A stretch of DNA of 44,522 nt from a virus. Its lineage: Duplodnaviria > Caudoviricetes. Shown in pieces: positions 25,167 through 35,241 of the stretch (its first letter is position 1; every line of letters begins with the position of its first letter). Made by a program: the position numbers and the translations under genes. The stretch lies in the IMG/VR virus record IMGVR_UViG_3300005573_000142, positions 1 to 44,522 of that record. One strand, 5' to 3'. Below the pieces are notes generated by a model. That model was given only the letters and a program-made list of their open reading frames with translations. It did not search any database and was not told the origin of the DNA.

Positions 25167-26593
25167 CCATGATTCATGAAATAGACTATAATCTAAAATC
25201 TGTCCCTACTGTTAAAAATTTTTTGGAAAGTAGGAAGCCTCTTAAGTTCATTATGGGACCTGTTGGAAGTGGCAAGTCATCAGGTTGTGTAATTCATTTA
25301 TTCAATTCTATGATAACTCAAAAGCCTTTTGAAAATGTAAGAAGAACAAGGTATGCTATTATAAGAAATACCGCAAGAATGCTCCAAGATACTACGAAAA
25401 GGACAATAGACGATTGGCTGCCAAAGCCACTTTATACATGGAAAGAAGCTAAAGCTATGTATGTATTTAAATTTGGGCTTGAAGATGGCACTATTGTTGA
25501 AAGTGAATGGCTATTAAGAGCCTTAGATGAGCCTGAACAGGTAAGAGATTTACTGTCATTAGAGATTTCGGGAGCATGGATAAATGAAGCAAGGGAGATA
25601 GATTTTGAGTTTTTTAAGGTTTTAAGAGGGCGTATAGGCAGATATCCGTCAAAAAAGCAAGGTGGAGTTACTTATCCTTATATAATAATGGATAGTAACC
25701 CTCCATCTACGGAGCATTGGCTTCATAATTTCTTTGTTAAAAATGCAAAAAGTAATGAAAGATTGATAGAATTTTTTAAACAGCCGTCTGGTTTATCTCC
25801 AGAAGCTGAAAATATAGAAAATTTGCCCACAAACTATTATCAAGATTTGGCTGTGGGACAAGATGAAGACTTTATTAGAGTATATATTCATGGAGAATTT
25901 GGTTATACAAAGGAAGGAAAGCCTGTTTTTACTGCTTATTCAGATGCAATTCATTGCACTTCAGAAGAATTAAAACCAATAAAAGAACTCCCATTAATAA
26001 TAGGAATGGATTTTGGTTTATATCCAGCTTGTGCTATTGTGCAAAACACCCCAGATGGCAGGCTTTTTGTATACGATGAGTTAGTTACAGTTGAGCCTAT
26101 TGATGTGGAAACTTTTATAAAAGATGTATTGAAGCCTCATATAAATTCAAAATACTTTATGCATGATATTCATATTGTTGGAGACCCTGCTGGAACAGCC
26201 CGCTCTCAGATTGATTTCCGTTCATGTTATAGTCTACTGAAATATTATGGATTTTCAAAGGCATATCCAGCATATACAAACAGCTTGCATGATAGAATAA
26301 AGGCTGTAAATTATTATTTAACAAGGTATGTTCAAGGCAAGCCAGCTTTTATTCTGTCAAGTAAGTGCCAAACTTTAAGAGAGGGCTTCAATGGGAAGTA
26401 TCATTTTAGAAGAATCAGAGTAGCTACTGAACGATACGCTGAATTACCTGAAAAGAATAATTATTCACATGTTATGGATGCTTTGCAGTATGCATGTTTG
26501 GGTTATTCGCCCTCTATGTCTTATAATAAAGATGTAGAAAAACTTAATTTTCCCAGAACTCAGCACCCCAGCAATTATGCTGGGTTTATATAA
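25160..26593 (+). CDS. terL: terminase large subunit (start possibly ATG 25169)
   Basis: GPVGSGKS, WINEARE, DSNPP, IGMDFG, GDPAG, HVMDALQY. Confidence 0.93.
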   Translation: MVTMIHEIDYNLKSVPTVKNFLESRKPLKFIMGPVGSGKSSGCVIHLFNSMITQKPFENVRRTRYAIIRNTARMLQDTTKRTIDDWLPKPLYTWKEAKAMYVFKFGLEDGTIVESEWLLRALDEPEQVRDLLSLEISGAWINEAREIDFEFFKVLRGRIGRYPSKKQGGVTYPYIIMDSNPPSTEHWLHNFFVKNAKSNERLIEFFKQPSGLSPEAENIENLPTNYYQDLAVGQDEDFIRVYIHGEFGYTKEGKPVFTAYSDAIHCTSEELKPIKELPLIIGMDFGLYPACAIVQNTPDGRLFVYDELVTVEPIDVETFIKDVLKPHINSKYFMHDIHIVGDPAGTARSQIDFRSCYSLLKYYGFSKAYPAYTNSLHDRIKAVNYYLTRYVQGKPAFILSSKCQTLREGFNGKYHFRRIRVATERYAELPEKNNYSHVMDALQYACLGYSPSMSYNKDVEKLNFPRTQHPSNYAGFI

Positions 26594-26613
26594 TTTATAG
26601 ATAGGAGGTAAAC

Positions 26614-26811
26614 ATGGCAAAGAAAAATTGGATTCAAAAGGCAATAAAAAAGCCCGGTGCATTAACACAACAGGCAAAAGCAGCTGGAGCAGTAACGCCT
26701 CAAGGAACTATATCAAAATCATGGTTGCAGCAGAAGGCTAAGCAAGGTGGAACCGTAGGACGCAGAGCCAGATTAGCAATAACACTATCTAAACTTAGGA
26801 AAAAGAAATAA
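26614..26811 (+). CDS. small basic phage protein
   Basis: AGGAGGT SD; KNWIQKAIKKPGAL...RRARLA.TL. Confidence 0.8.
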   Translation: MAKKNWIQKAIKKPGALTQQAKAAGAVTPQGTISKSWLQQKAKQGGTVGRRARLAITLSKLRKKK

Positions 26812-28745
26812 TGGAGTTAGTTTCCACAGAAGTCTTAAAAGAGCAAGAAGAATTACATCCCTTAATTAATCATATTCAAACTCTATTCGAGCGAGCCGCC
26901 TTAGCAAAAAACCCAATTGAATCTATAATGATTGAGAACCTGTATTACTTCAAGAAGAAGTATACGCCCGATAAATTAAAAAGCATACGAGAAATTGGCG
27001 GTTCAGAAATATATGTACCACTATGTAATATAAAATGCAGAGCATTAATGGCATGGCTTACCGATATTTTCTTTCCAGATACAGGAGAACCTCCATTTGA
27101 CATTGAGCCTACTCCAAAACCAGAATTACCACGAGACCAGATGGAAGAGTTTTATAGAGATTTGGCAGATACTGTAAGTGATATTATACAGAAGGCTTCT
27201 GCTTTAGAAGAGATTACAGCAGGTCAAATCAGCCTTGATAAAATTCTTCCTTATGTAAAGAATGCTGTTGAGCGAAACAAAGAACAGTTTGAAGATGAAT
27301 TAATGGAGAGGTCTAAGAAGTTAGCAGAAAAAGAAAAACAGAGAATATATGACCAATTTGTTGAAGGCGGGTTTTTTCCTGCCTTAAAAGATGTTTTCTT
27401 TGACTTGGCTGTTTACCCCGCAGCTATTATGAAAGGTGGAGTGCCTCGTAGAGTTAAAGCCTTTGATGAAAATAGACAGCCAACATGGAAAGTAATTCCT
27501 ACATTCAACAGAGTTAATCCTTTTGATATTTATCCTTCTCCAGATGCTTCCGATTTTTCTGATTGGGTTATAGAAGTTTTACATCTTACTCCACAGGATT
27601 TGGCTTCCTTGAAAGATATTGAAGGATTTGATGAGAACGCTATTGATTTGATTTTGGGTTTATATGGAGATACAGGTTATTCAGTATCCCAAGCCCATTA
27701 TACGGAAAGAAGATTACTGGAAGGCAAGTCTGGAATGTCAGGAGGATTAATAGATGTTCTTGAATTTTGGGGCAGTGTAAAAGGTGAATATATTTCTGAC
27801 TTTATTTCTGATATAGAAGATGATGAATATTATGAAGTTACTGTCTGGATATGTGATAATGTAGTTCTAAAAGCCACTTTGAATCCTGACCCACTTGGAA
27901 AAAAGCCTTATTGTAAAGCTTCTTTTGTTGAAATACCAAGTTCATTCTGGGGCATGTCTCTTATTGAAGTGCTTAAAGATTTACAGGATGGTGTAAATGC
28001 ACTATCCAGAGCTGTTATAAATAATTCAGCTTTATCATCTGGACCAATGGTAGAAAGAAATATTGATAGAATTCCTCCTAACGAACCTAAGGAGATAACT
28101 CCATGGAAGATATTTGATAGTCATGATTATGGAATGGCTACTACACCAGCTTACAAGTTCTATCAACCACAGCTTACTTCTAATGCTGTGGTACAAGTAG
28201 TAATGTATTATATGAAATTAGCTGATGAATTGAGTGGTATTCCTCCGTATGCTCATAGTATGGTGACGACGGGAACATCTGGCAGAACTGCCTCTGGTTT
28301 AAGTATGCTTATGGAATCTTCCGCAAGGGGAATAAAAGAAGTAGTTAAAAATATAGATTCTGGTATCATTGAGCCAGTAGTTACACGGCAATATATGTAT
28401 AATCTTATAAACTTTTATGAAAACGATTTGAATATACCAGATTTAAATATAAAAGCTGTTGGCTCTATTACACTTGCAAACAAGATGGCTCAGGTGCAAA
28501 AGTTATTACAAGTGTTACAAATTACATCAAATCCTATTGATACACAAATAGTAGGTACGGAAGGAAGAAGATATTTACTTGAGAATATCTTTACTAATTT
28601 TGGATTAAAAATTCCTATGAATAATCAAGTAGATTTATCTCAACTTGCTGGTATGCAACAAGGAGCTGTGCCTCCAAAAGAAATACCAGAACAAACGCCT
28701 GTTCAAGAGCAGGCAGTAGCAATGCAAAAGGAGCAACTACAATGA
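26811..28745 (+). CDS. portal protein
   Basis: 644 aa after terL; RVNPFDIYP, VLEFWG, SFWG.SL, RTASGLSMLM motifs. Confidence 0.88.
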   Translation: MELVSTEVLKEQEELHPLINHIQTLFERAALAKNPIESIMIENLYYFKKKYTPDKLKSIREIGGSEIYVPLCNIKCRALMAWLTDIFFPDTGEPPFDIEPTPKPELPRDQMEEFYRDLADTVSDIIQKASALEEITAGQISLDKILPYVKNAVERNKEQFEDELMERSKKLAEKEKQRIYDQFVEGGFFPALKDVFFDLAVYPAAIMKGGVPRRVKAFDENRQPTWKVIPTFNRVNPFDIYPSPDASDFSDWVIEVLHLTPQDLASLKDIEGFDENAIDLILGLYGDTGYSVSQAHYTERRLLEGKSGMSGGLIDVLEFWGSVKGEYISDFISDIEDDEYYEVTVWICDNVVLKATLNPDPLGKKPYCKASFVEIPSSFWGMSLIEVLKDLQDGVNALSRAVINNSALSSGPMVERNIDRIPPNEPKEITPWKIFDSHDYGMATTPAYKFYQPQLTSNAVVQVVMYYMKLADELSGIPPYAHSMVTTGTSGRTASGLSMLMESSARGIKEVVKNIDSGIIEPVVTRQYMYNLINFYENDLNIPDLNIKAVGSITLANKMAQVQKLLQVLQITSNPIDTQIVGTEGRRYLLENIFTNFGLKIPMNNQVDLSQLAGMQQGAVPPKEIPEQTPVQEQAVAMQKEQLQ

Positions 28746-28969
28746 TAGACACAATTAAATTGGAAAGAGTATTTAAAGGATGGAAAAAATTTGACAAGGA
28801 TGGTTTTGATGAGTTTGTTTCAATTCTTAATGAAGAATATAACAAAGTAACTAGTGGTCTATACACAACTTCTGAATATGAAAATATTAGATTTTTACAG
28901 GGAGTTGGTAATTTTCTTAGTATATTTTTGGCTATTGCCAATAAAATATCAAAAAATGAGGAGGTTTAA
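28742..28969 (+). CDS. small head-region protein
   Basis: ATGA overlap with portal; IRFLQG motif. Confidence 0.7.
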   Translation: MIDTIKLERVFKGWKKFDKDGFDEFVSILNEEYNKVTSGLYTTSEYENIRFLQGVGNFLSIFLAIANKISKNEEV

Positions 28970-28971
28970 TT

Positions 28972-29880
28972 ATGCAAACACAGTATGATGATGCTCAGGA
29001 CCTTCAGCAACAGCAGGTTCCTGATGACACATCTCAACAGCAGGTAGATACTTTACCAGAGGACTATTCTCAATTTATCCAGACAGGAACGGCTCCTGAG
29101 GGTCAGCCGCCACAGCAAGAGCCTGAGGAACCACCTTCCGCTGGAGATTGGGAGCAGAAGTATAAAGTCCTCAAGGGTAAGTATGACAAAGAAGTTCCAA
29201 GACTATCTAAAGAGATAAAAATGCTTAAGCGTGAAAAAGAAGAGCTAATGAATAGGCTTTCTATGCTTGAGCAGGCTGTTATGTATATGAATCAGACTAA
29301 ACAGCAACAACCTCAGCCGCAAGCAGAAGATGAGGATATTGTTAAATTAAAGTCTGAATATCCCGAGGTATATAATGCTGTATCTAAATTGATGAGTAGG
29401 AAGTTTGGGGAAATTGAGCCTAAACTCAATGAGATAAAACAAGAGGCAACTACTGGTAACTTCTACGCCCGATTAGATGCTCTGGCTCCTAATTGGAGAA
29501 CTCTCAATACTGACCCAGATTTTCTTGATTGGCTGAATGAACCTTCACAGGAAGTCCCAACAATGACAAGACACAAACTTATGATGACTGCTTTTCAGCA
29601 GGGGGATGCTTCAACTGTTGCCCACTTCTTCAATACTTATGAGAAATTAAATCAGAATGAAGAACCTGAAGCTCCTATGGCACAGAAATTTACAGCTCCA
29701 CCTCATAGAAAGGCAGCACAATCTACTCAGAATGTAGGAAAGAAAATATACAAGGAGAGTGAAATTAGACAGTTTTATACAGATGCAGCATTAGGTAAAA
29801 TACCTCCAGAGATTAAGGATAAGAAAGAAAAGGATATCGTTCAAGCTTTGCTTGAAAACAGAATACTATACGGAAAATAG
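28972..29880 (+). CDS. capsid scaffolding protein
   Basis: Acidic/Gln-rich N-terminus, WEQKYKVLKGKY coiled coil, located before the capsid gene. Confidence 0.8.
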   Translation: MQTQYDDAQDLQQQQVPDDTSQQQVDTLPEDYSQFIQTGTAPEGQPPQQEPEEPPSAGDWEQKYKVLKGKYDKEVPRLSKEIKMLKREKEELMNRLSMLEQAVMYMNQTKQQQPQPQAEDEDIVKLKSEYPEVYNAVSKLMSRKFGEIEPKLNEIKQEATTGNFYARLDALAPNWRTLNTDPDFLDWLNEPSQEVPTMTRHKLMMTAFQQGDASTVAHFFNTYEKLNQNEEPEAPMAQKFTAPPHRKAAQSTQNVGKKIYKESEIRQFYTDAALGKIPPEIKDKKEKDIVQALLENRILYGK

Positions 29881-29892
29881 GAGGTAATATAA

Positions 29893-30840
29893 ATGGCAGT
29901 TCCAAGAGTAACTGGGTATCCGGATTATGGATATGGAGGTCCGGGACAACCCGGTAACGCCCATATTCCAGTATTATTTAGTGGTAAACTTCTTGAGCGT
30001 TTCTATGCCAAGAGTGTTATCGCTAATATATCAACAACTGATTATGTTGGTGAGCTTAAAAATGTTGGAGATACTGTTACAATCAGAACATTACCAGACG
30101 TAACAATCAAGACTTATGAAAAAGGTAAGGCTCTTGAGATTGAGTATCCAGAAAGCCCAGCTATTGAGTTCACAGTAAAGAAAGCCAAGTATTTCAATTT
30201 TGCAATGGATGATATTGATATCAAGCAGTCAGACCTGACATGGATAGATAAATTAGCCGATAATGCCGCTCAACAGCAGAAAATTGTTATAGATACTGAA
30301 GTATTCTCCAGTATCTACACAAAAGCTCATCCAGCAAATCAGGGAGCTACTGCCGGAGTAAAGTCTGGAGCATATAATTTAGGTGCCGTTGGTTCTCCAG
30401 TTACATTAACCCCTTCCAATGTTCTTGATTATCTTATTGATTGTGATTCTGTTCTTGATGAGCAAAATATTCCAGATGAGAATAGATGGGTAGTTCTTCC
30501 TCCTCTTATCATGAACCTAATCAATAAATCTGACTTGAAGAATGCTATGTTCGCTGGCGATGGCAAAAGTTTTCTGTTAAGGGGCGGATTTACTGGAAAA
30601 CAAATAGGCAAGCTTAACATCTTTGAATCCAATCTTCTCTATCGCTCAGCAACAGACGGAGCATACTATATTCCATTTGGATATAAGGGTTCATTGGTAT
30701 TTGTTAGCCAGATTGATAAGACAGAGAGATATAGACCTCAGAATACATTTGCTGACGCAATGAAAGGCTTGATTGTTTACGACTTCGATGTTATTCTGCC
30801 TGTTGGATTTGGTGTTCTATACGCTAAGAAATCTACATAA
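29893..30840 (+). CDS. major capsid protein
   Basis: IP.LFSGKLL..FY, DYVGE....GDTV.I, YFNF..DDID..Q, LDEQNIP...RW.V.PP. Confidence 0.9.
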   Translation: MAVPRVTGYPDYGYGGPGQPGNAHIPVLFSGKLLERFYAKSVIANISTTDYVGELKNVGDTVTIRTLPDVTIKTYEKGKALEIEYPESPAIEFTVKKAKYFNFAMDDIDIKQSDLTWIDKLADNAAQQQKIVIDTEVFSSIYTKAHPANQGATAGVKSGAYNLGAVGSPVTLTPSNVLDYLIDCDSVLDEQNIPDENRWVVLPPLIMNLINKSDLKNAMFAGDGKSFLLRGGFTGKQIGKLNIFESNLLYRSATDGAYYIPFGYKGSLVFVSQIDKTERYRPQNTFADAMKGLIVYDFDVILPVGFGVLYAKKST

Positions 30841-30888
30841 TCAGAGGGGGGCAACCCCCTCTGAATTAAATCGATTTAATTCAGGGGG
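30841..30888 (+). promoter_or_regulatory. post-capsid GCAA-tetraloop hairpin overlapping palindrome copy 10
   Basis: TCAGAGGGGG-GCAA-CCCCCTCTGA (30841-30864); 24-bp palindrome 30861-30884. Confidence 0.8.
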
Positions 30889-30894
30889 TACAGT

Positions 30895-31050
30895 ATGGCT
30901 AAATTAATTAAAAGATTATCTGACGGTGTAATCTTTGAGGTAAACGATGACTTCAAATTAGGCAGCGAATTTATAGAAGTAAATCCAGAAGAGGGAAAGA
31001 AGGAAGTCAGGGATGATGTAACGCCGTCAGCATCAAAAATTAAAAAATAA
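30895..31050 (+). CDS. small protein, 51 aa (not in ORF track)
   Basis: GGGGG SD; MAKLIKRLSDGVIFEVNDD...IKK*. Confidence 0.7.
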   Translation: MAKLIKRLSDGVIFEVNDDFKLGSEFIEVNPEEGKKEVRDDVTPSASKIKK

Positions 31051-31064
31051 TTAGGAGGTAAAAT

Positions 31065-31499
31065 ATGGCAACTATAAATGGAATTCCATCAACTATGATG
31101 GGTGGTAAACCTTTTGCAACTCTTGATAGAGTGTTTATTCTGGAGAATACAATTGATTTAGATTCTCTAAATATTGCATCTGGAGATGTAGTTCAATGCC
31201 TGCCTGTGTTAGATGGTTATAGAATATTAGGTACAGAAGTAGAAATTGTAACTCCATCTAATGCGGCTACTTCTGCTACTGCTATCCTTGGTGATGGTTC
31301 TGATGATGATGGTTTTCTCGCATCAATAAATTTAAAGAGTTCAGCTGGCACAGTAGCAACAGCACCCGGTGCTTATGGCTATTCCCGCAGATACACAGCT
31401 GATGATACTATTGATTTAACAGTTACATATTCTGGCACTGTAACAGTAAAAGGTAAGGTAATTGTAAGAGCTATAGTGGTGAAGATGGATGCTAACTAA
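31065..31499 (+). CDS. capsid decoration/cement-like protein
   Basis: 144 aa, beta-rich, GD..D.DGF motif, located after the capsid gene. Confidence 0.65.
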   Translation: MATINGIPSTMMGGKPFATLDRVFILENTIDLDSLNIASGDVVQCLPVLDGYRILGTEVEIVTPSNAATSATAILGDGSDDDGFLASINLKSSAGTVATAPGAYGYSRRYTADDTIDLTVTYSGTVTVKGKVIVRAIVVKMDAN

Positions 31500-31791
31500 A
31501 CTGCTTCGTAGAATTGCACCTGTTATTGGTGGGATATTTATAATGGTGATGCTAATTGACCTACTGGATTTGTATAAAACTGCTATTGGAACCGCTCTTT
31601 ACAAAATCTGCATGACTATAACTGGTTTTGTTCTTGCAGAATTGATATGGACTGTGGGCTTTAGAGTTTACTTTGGAGAACTTGAAAATATAAACTCTGA
31701 TACGCAGGATGGATTTCGCACCCTTGCCATAGGAATATTTAGAGGGTTTCTGTATTCATCTATCATAATAGCGTGTTCATTAGGGCTTTAA
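31489..31791 (+). CDS. putative holin
   Basis: Three hydrophobic segments, directly before the endolysin. Confidence 0.65.
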   Translation: MLTKLLRRIAPVIGGIFIMVMLIDLLDLYKTAIGTALYKICMTITGFVLAELIWTVGFRVYFGELENINSDTQDGFRTLAIGIFRGFLYSSIIIACSLGL

Positions 31792-32327
31792 TATTAGTTC
31801 TGTTACTGTTCACTAATGTGCATGCATTTGATAGATGTGTCAAGTATCTTCCTATGGTTAAGAGGGAAGCACAATACATTGGGGGGCTGAATGCCCCCCA
31901 TCATTATTTTATAGCCCAGATAAAAGTAGAAAGCTCTTGCAAAGAAGGCTTAATTGCCTATGATGGAGGCACAGGATTAATGCAGATAATGCCTGCAACT
32001 GCAAGAGAATTACATCAAAAATACCCATACCTGAGAAAATTACTATATAATCCATTATCTCCTGAGTGGAATATAAGAGCTGGGATATTATATGATTATG
32101 CTTGTTATAAAAATACAATTTGTGAAGGTTGGTATTTCGCCTTCCGAGCCTATAATGGAGGGCTTGGTAATATAAACAGAGAAATAGAAAGAGCTGGAAG
32201 CTGTGAATGGAAGGAAGTTGAGAAAGCATGCAAGAGAGGCAGAGACAAACATGTAGATTTTTGTAGGGTAAATATTTCATATCCATATAAGATATTTAGA
32301 TTCGCAGAGGAATATAATTTAAAGTGA
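31773..32327 (+). CDS. SLT-family lytic transglycosylase (endolysin) with N-terminal signal
   Basis: QIKVESS, GLMQIMPATA, AYNGGLG. Confidence 0.92.
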   Translation: MFIRALILVLLLFTNVHAFDRCVKYLPMVKREAQYIGGLNAPHHYFIAQIKVESSCKEGLIAYDGGTGLMQIMPATARELHQKYPYLRKLLYNPLSPEWNIRAGILYDYACYKNTICEGWYFAFRAYNGGLGNINREIERAGSCEWKEVEKACKRGRDKHVDFCRVNISYPYKIFRFAEEYNLK

Positions 32328-32638
32328 TGAGTAAAATGAAATGGATTCTTATTTTATTAGGTGTTGCATTATGTCTTATTTTGATTTCGTCTATTTCATA
32401 TAGACTTGGGAGTTCTATGGCTGTTAAGGAAGCTGACAAACTTATAAAACAAAAAGATACAGAAATAAAACAATTAGAGGAACAATTGAAATCTTATGAA
32501 AAAGAAATCCAAGATAAGGATATGAAAATTGCATCTCTCAGAAGACAACGACAGGAAATAAAAAAGCCTGTATCTGATGAGGAACTTATAAATAGGTTTA
32601 AGGCGTTAGGATATGATATTTCTATATATTATAAGTAG
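32324..32638 (+). CDS. i-spanin-like protein
   Basis: N-terminal TM plus coiled coil, after the endolysin. Confidence 0.6.
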   Translation: MMSKMKWILILLGVALCLILISSISYRLGSSMAVKEADKLIKQKDTEIKQLEEQLKSYEKEIQDKDMKIASLRRQRQEIKKPVSDEELINRFKALGYDISIYYK

Positions 32639-32972
32639 CATATTACTTTTAAGCTCCTTTGCTTATGCTGGAGAGGTTGCTTGTCTGCCAGCAGAACAAG
32701 CTAAGTCAGTAGTTGTAGAAATAGAGCAGAAAAGAATTTTAGAAAAAGAGGTTGAGGAGCTATCAGCTGAAGTTGAGCTACTTAAAAAGCAAAATGAGCT
32801 ATTAAAGGAAGAAGTTAAACTTGTTAAAGAACAGAAAGAATTGCAAGATATTGAAGTAAAACAGCTGAAACAGGATTTATCAAAACAAAAGAAGCAATCA
32901 TTTCTTGAGTCTATACAGAATTTAGGTATAGGTGTTTTAATTGGAGTAATAGTAGGAGGTCTGTTATTATGA
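32613..32972 (+). CDS. spanin-like protein (signal peptide, coiled coil, C-terminal hydrophobic helix)
   Basis: AYA signal cleavage-like motif; LGIGVLIGVIVGGLLL tail. Confidence 0.55.
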   Translation: MIFLYIISSILLLSSFAYAGEVACLPAEQAKSVVVEIEQKRILEKEVEELSAEVELLKKQNELLKEEVKLVKEQKELQDIEVKQLKQDLSKQKKQSFLESIQNLGIGVLIGVIVGGLLL

Positions 32973-33604
32973 CCATAATTGACCTTATTGATATGCTAAG
33001 AACACGATTAGTAGATACCATGGAGCCTTATTTATGGAGTGATGAAGTATTATTGCAATTAATAAATGAAACAGTAGAAGATATTAGCAGGCGTGCTAAT
33101 TTATATACTGATGTATATTCCATTATTCCAATAACTAAGAATGTTACAGAGTATACTCTTAACGGAGTTGCTATGAAATGTAACATTTACGACAAAGATA
33201 GAGATATAAGAGAAGAGCCTCTGCTTTACAGCCCCTCAAATATTATGAGGAGGAAACTTACAGGAACATCTGAAACTGGGAGACCTGTGTATTATTCAAA
33301 TGATTTATCAACAAAAACTTTTCTTATATATCCAATACCCGATGATTCTTATTATTTGTTGGCTATGCTTGCCAATATACCAGTTTATTCAATGGACAGT
33401 ATCTTTGATTTTCCAGAACAGGAATTGTGTATACTTGGAGTGATGTGCAGAGCTTTTTCTATGCCTGACACAGAAACATATAACTTTCAGGCTTTCCAGC
33501 AGTATTATAGTAGGTATACAGATAAATTGAATGAATTTAAAGGGAAGTTTATACGGGACACAAGTATTAGTGAGGTAAGTGGAATACATAAAGGACTTTT
33601 ATGA
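32969..33604 (+). CDS. head-tail adaptor / tail tubular protein A-like
   Basis: LR..L.D....Y.WSDE.L...IN, G.P..Y, IYP.PD..Y motifs. Confidence 0.7.
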   Translation: MTIIDLIDMLRTRLVDTMEPYLWSDEVLLQLINETVEDISRRANLYTDVYSIIPITKNVTEYTLNGVAMKCNIYDKDRDIREEPLLYSPSNIMRRKLTGTSETGRPVYYSNDLSTKTFLIYPIPDDSYYLLAMLANIPVYSMDSIFDFPEQELCILGVMCRAFSMPDTETYNFQAFQQYYSRYTDKLNEFKGKFIRDTSISEVSGIHKGLL

Positions 33605-33623
33605 ATTAAATCGATTTAATTCA
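33602..33623. promoter_or_regulatory. palindrome copy 11, extended to 22 bp
   Basis: TGAATTAAATCGATTTAATTCA; begins with the stop codon and is followed by a GGGAGGT SD. Confidence 0.85.
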
Positions 33624-33637
33624 AAGGGAGGTGGATT

Positions 33638-33895
33638 ATGATACAACCACAGAGAGGAGTACCAGCTGGAGTTATGGCTCCAATAGCTGATTCGTTAAGT
33701 ATTACAGTGGCTGATAATGGGGGTTTTATTTTATATGTGTCGGTAGCCGAAGAAAATGAAAACGGTATTCCAGTTAAAGCGAATAAAATGCTTGTAGCTC
33801 CAGATATTGAAGCTCTTACAAAAATTGTGCTTGATATAGCTCCTAATATGAAATCTGCTACTGGAGTAAGATGCTGTGGCAATAAGTCTAGGTAA
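33638..33895 (+). CDS. hypothetical protein
   Basis: Strong SD; 85 aa. Confidence 0.7.
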   Translation: MIQPQRGVPAGVMAPIADSLSITVADNGGFILYVSVAEENENGIPVKANKMLVAPDIEALTKIVLDIAPNMKSATGVRCCGNKSR

Positions 33896-34736
33896 CTTTG
33901 TAGGGCAATCCAAAGAAGAGCCCCTAAGAATAACTGAAAATAAGCAAACCTTCTTTAAGACCCTAATAAATGCTTATGTTACTAATGTAGGTGTTATTAG
34001 AGGGTTTCCCGCATCACAACTGGCTATTGATATACAAAATCCAAGAGATGCTTTTGTTTCAGAAGGTAGACTTTTTTATGCCTCTGGGCTGAATTTCTAT
34101 TTATATCCTACTACTCTACTGCATACTTTATCTTCTGATTTGCCCCTTTATTATACAGAAGTAAATGAGACTATTTATGTATCAAACGGAGTTGACTTCT
34201 TCAAGATAAATGAGACAAATGATGTAATTAAAATACCACAAGGCAATATAGATGATTTTAAAATGTATCTTCCTGCTGGCTTTCCAATAGAGCATAACAG
34301 AGGTAGATTATTCTCTGCTGTGGGAAACCTACTTTATTTTTCTGATTTATGGGATTTTGAAGTTTTAGATAAACGCTATAACCTAATACAGATGCCAGAC
34401 AGAATTGTAATGATTGTCCCGATAAACGATGGATTACTTATTGGGACAGATTCTGGCATCTATCTAATCTCTTATACAACTGATATAAGAGAAGCTGAAT
34501 TATCATTTTTATCTCCAACTCCATGTAAATCAGTGAACTATATAAAATATGGATATATAAAAACGATTTTTATGACTGATAAAGGCTTCACGCTCTATAC
34601 TGAAAGTGGGCTTGTATCTGAAAGGCTGCAATATATGACGCTTAATAGACAAGAGCCTATTCACAATTATAAGAGATTACAATATTTAAATTTACCATAT
34701 GCTCAATTGGTTGCAGCATACGACTTACGGAGGTAG
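33876..34736 (+). CDS. virion structural protein, tail nozzle/stabilisation-like (beta-rich)
   Basis: RGRLF.A.GN.LYFS, DGLLIGT..GIY repeats. Confidence 0.6.
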   Translation: MAISLGNFVGQSKEEPLRITENKQTFFKTLINAYVTNVGVIRGFPASQLAIDIQNPRDAFVSEGRLFYASGLNFYLYPTTLLHTLSSDLPLYYTEVNETIYVSNGVDFFKINETNDVIKIPQGNIDDFKMYLPAGFPIEHNRGRLFSAVGNLLYFSDLWDFEVLDKRYNLIQMPDRIVMIVPINDGLLIGTDSGIYLISYTTDIREAELSFLSPTPCKSVNYIKYGYIKTIFMTDKGFTLYTESGLVSERLQYMTLNRQEPIHNYKRLQYLNLPYAQLVAAYDLRR

Positions 34737-34738
34737 CC

Positions 34739-35056
34739 ATGCCTGAAAATAAATGTGAGTATCTTGGGTGCTCATTGGATGGTCTTGATAAGGATTTAAA
34801 AGAATTAAAATCAGATGTATCTAAGATTATGGAGGGGCAAGAAAAAATAATAGAATTGATGGTATCTGTAAAATATATAGGAGACTCTGTTACTGAATTT
34901 AAGAGTATTTGCAGTAAAGAGAGAGAGCAAATTTTTAGCAGAATTAGAGATATTGAGCAGGGATATGTATCCAAAAAGGATTTGGTGCTATACAGTATTA
35001 TTGTTGGTTCACTTTTTACTTTTCTGAATTTTATTTTGAGGTTTGTGGTTAAGTGA
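34739..35056 (+). CDS. coiled-coil protein with C-terminal TM (holin/XhlA-like)
   Basis: GGAGGT SD; single C-terminal hydrophobic helix. Confidence 0.6.
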   Translation: MPENKCEYLGCSLDGLDKDLKELKSDVSKIMEGQEKIIELMVSVKYIGDSVTEFKSICSKEREQIFSRIRDIEQGYVSKKDLVLYSIIVGSLFTFLNFILRFVVK

Positions 35057-35241
35057 ATTGTTCTGAGTGCATTGTATTTTTATATGGTTATAAGCAGGCA
35101 TTATGGGATATTTTAAAACTTTTAAATAAAGAAGAATCAGGAAGCACTCAACTATTAGAAATTTTACAAACTAAAGAACTTGAAATAGATAAATTTTTAC
35201 AGGGGAGGGGATGGAATGCTGACTGTGGCAAAGCAGAATAG
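35053..35241 (+). CDS. hypothetical protein
   Basis: GTGA-type overlap; fills the gap. Confidence 0.5.
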   Translation: MNCSECIVFLYGYKQALWDILKLLNKEESGSTQLLEILQTKELEIDKFLQGRGWNADCGKAE

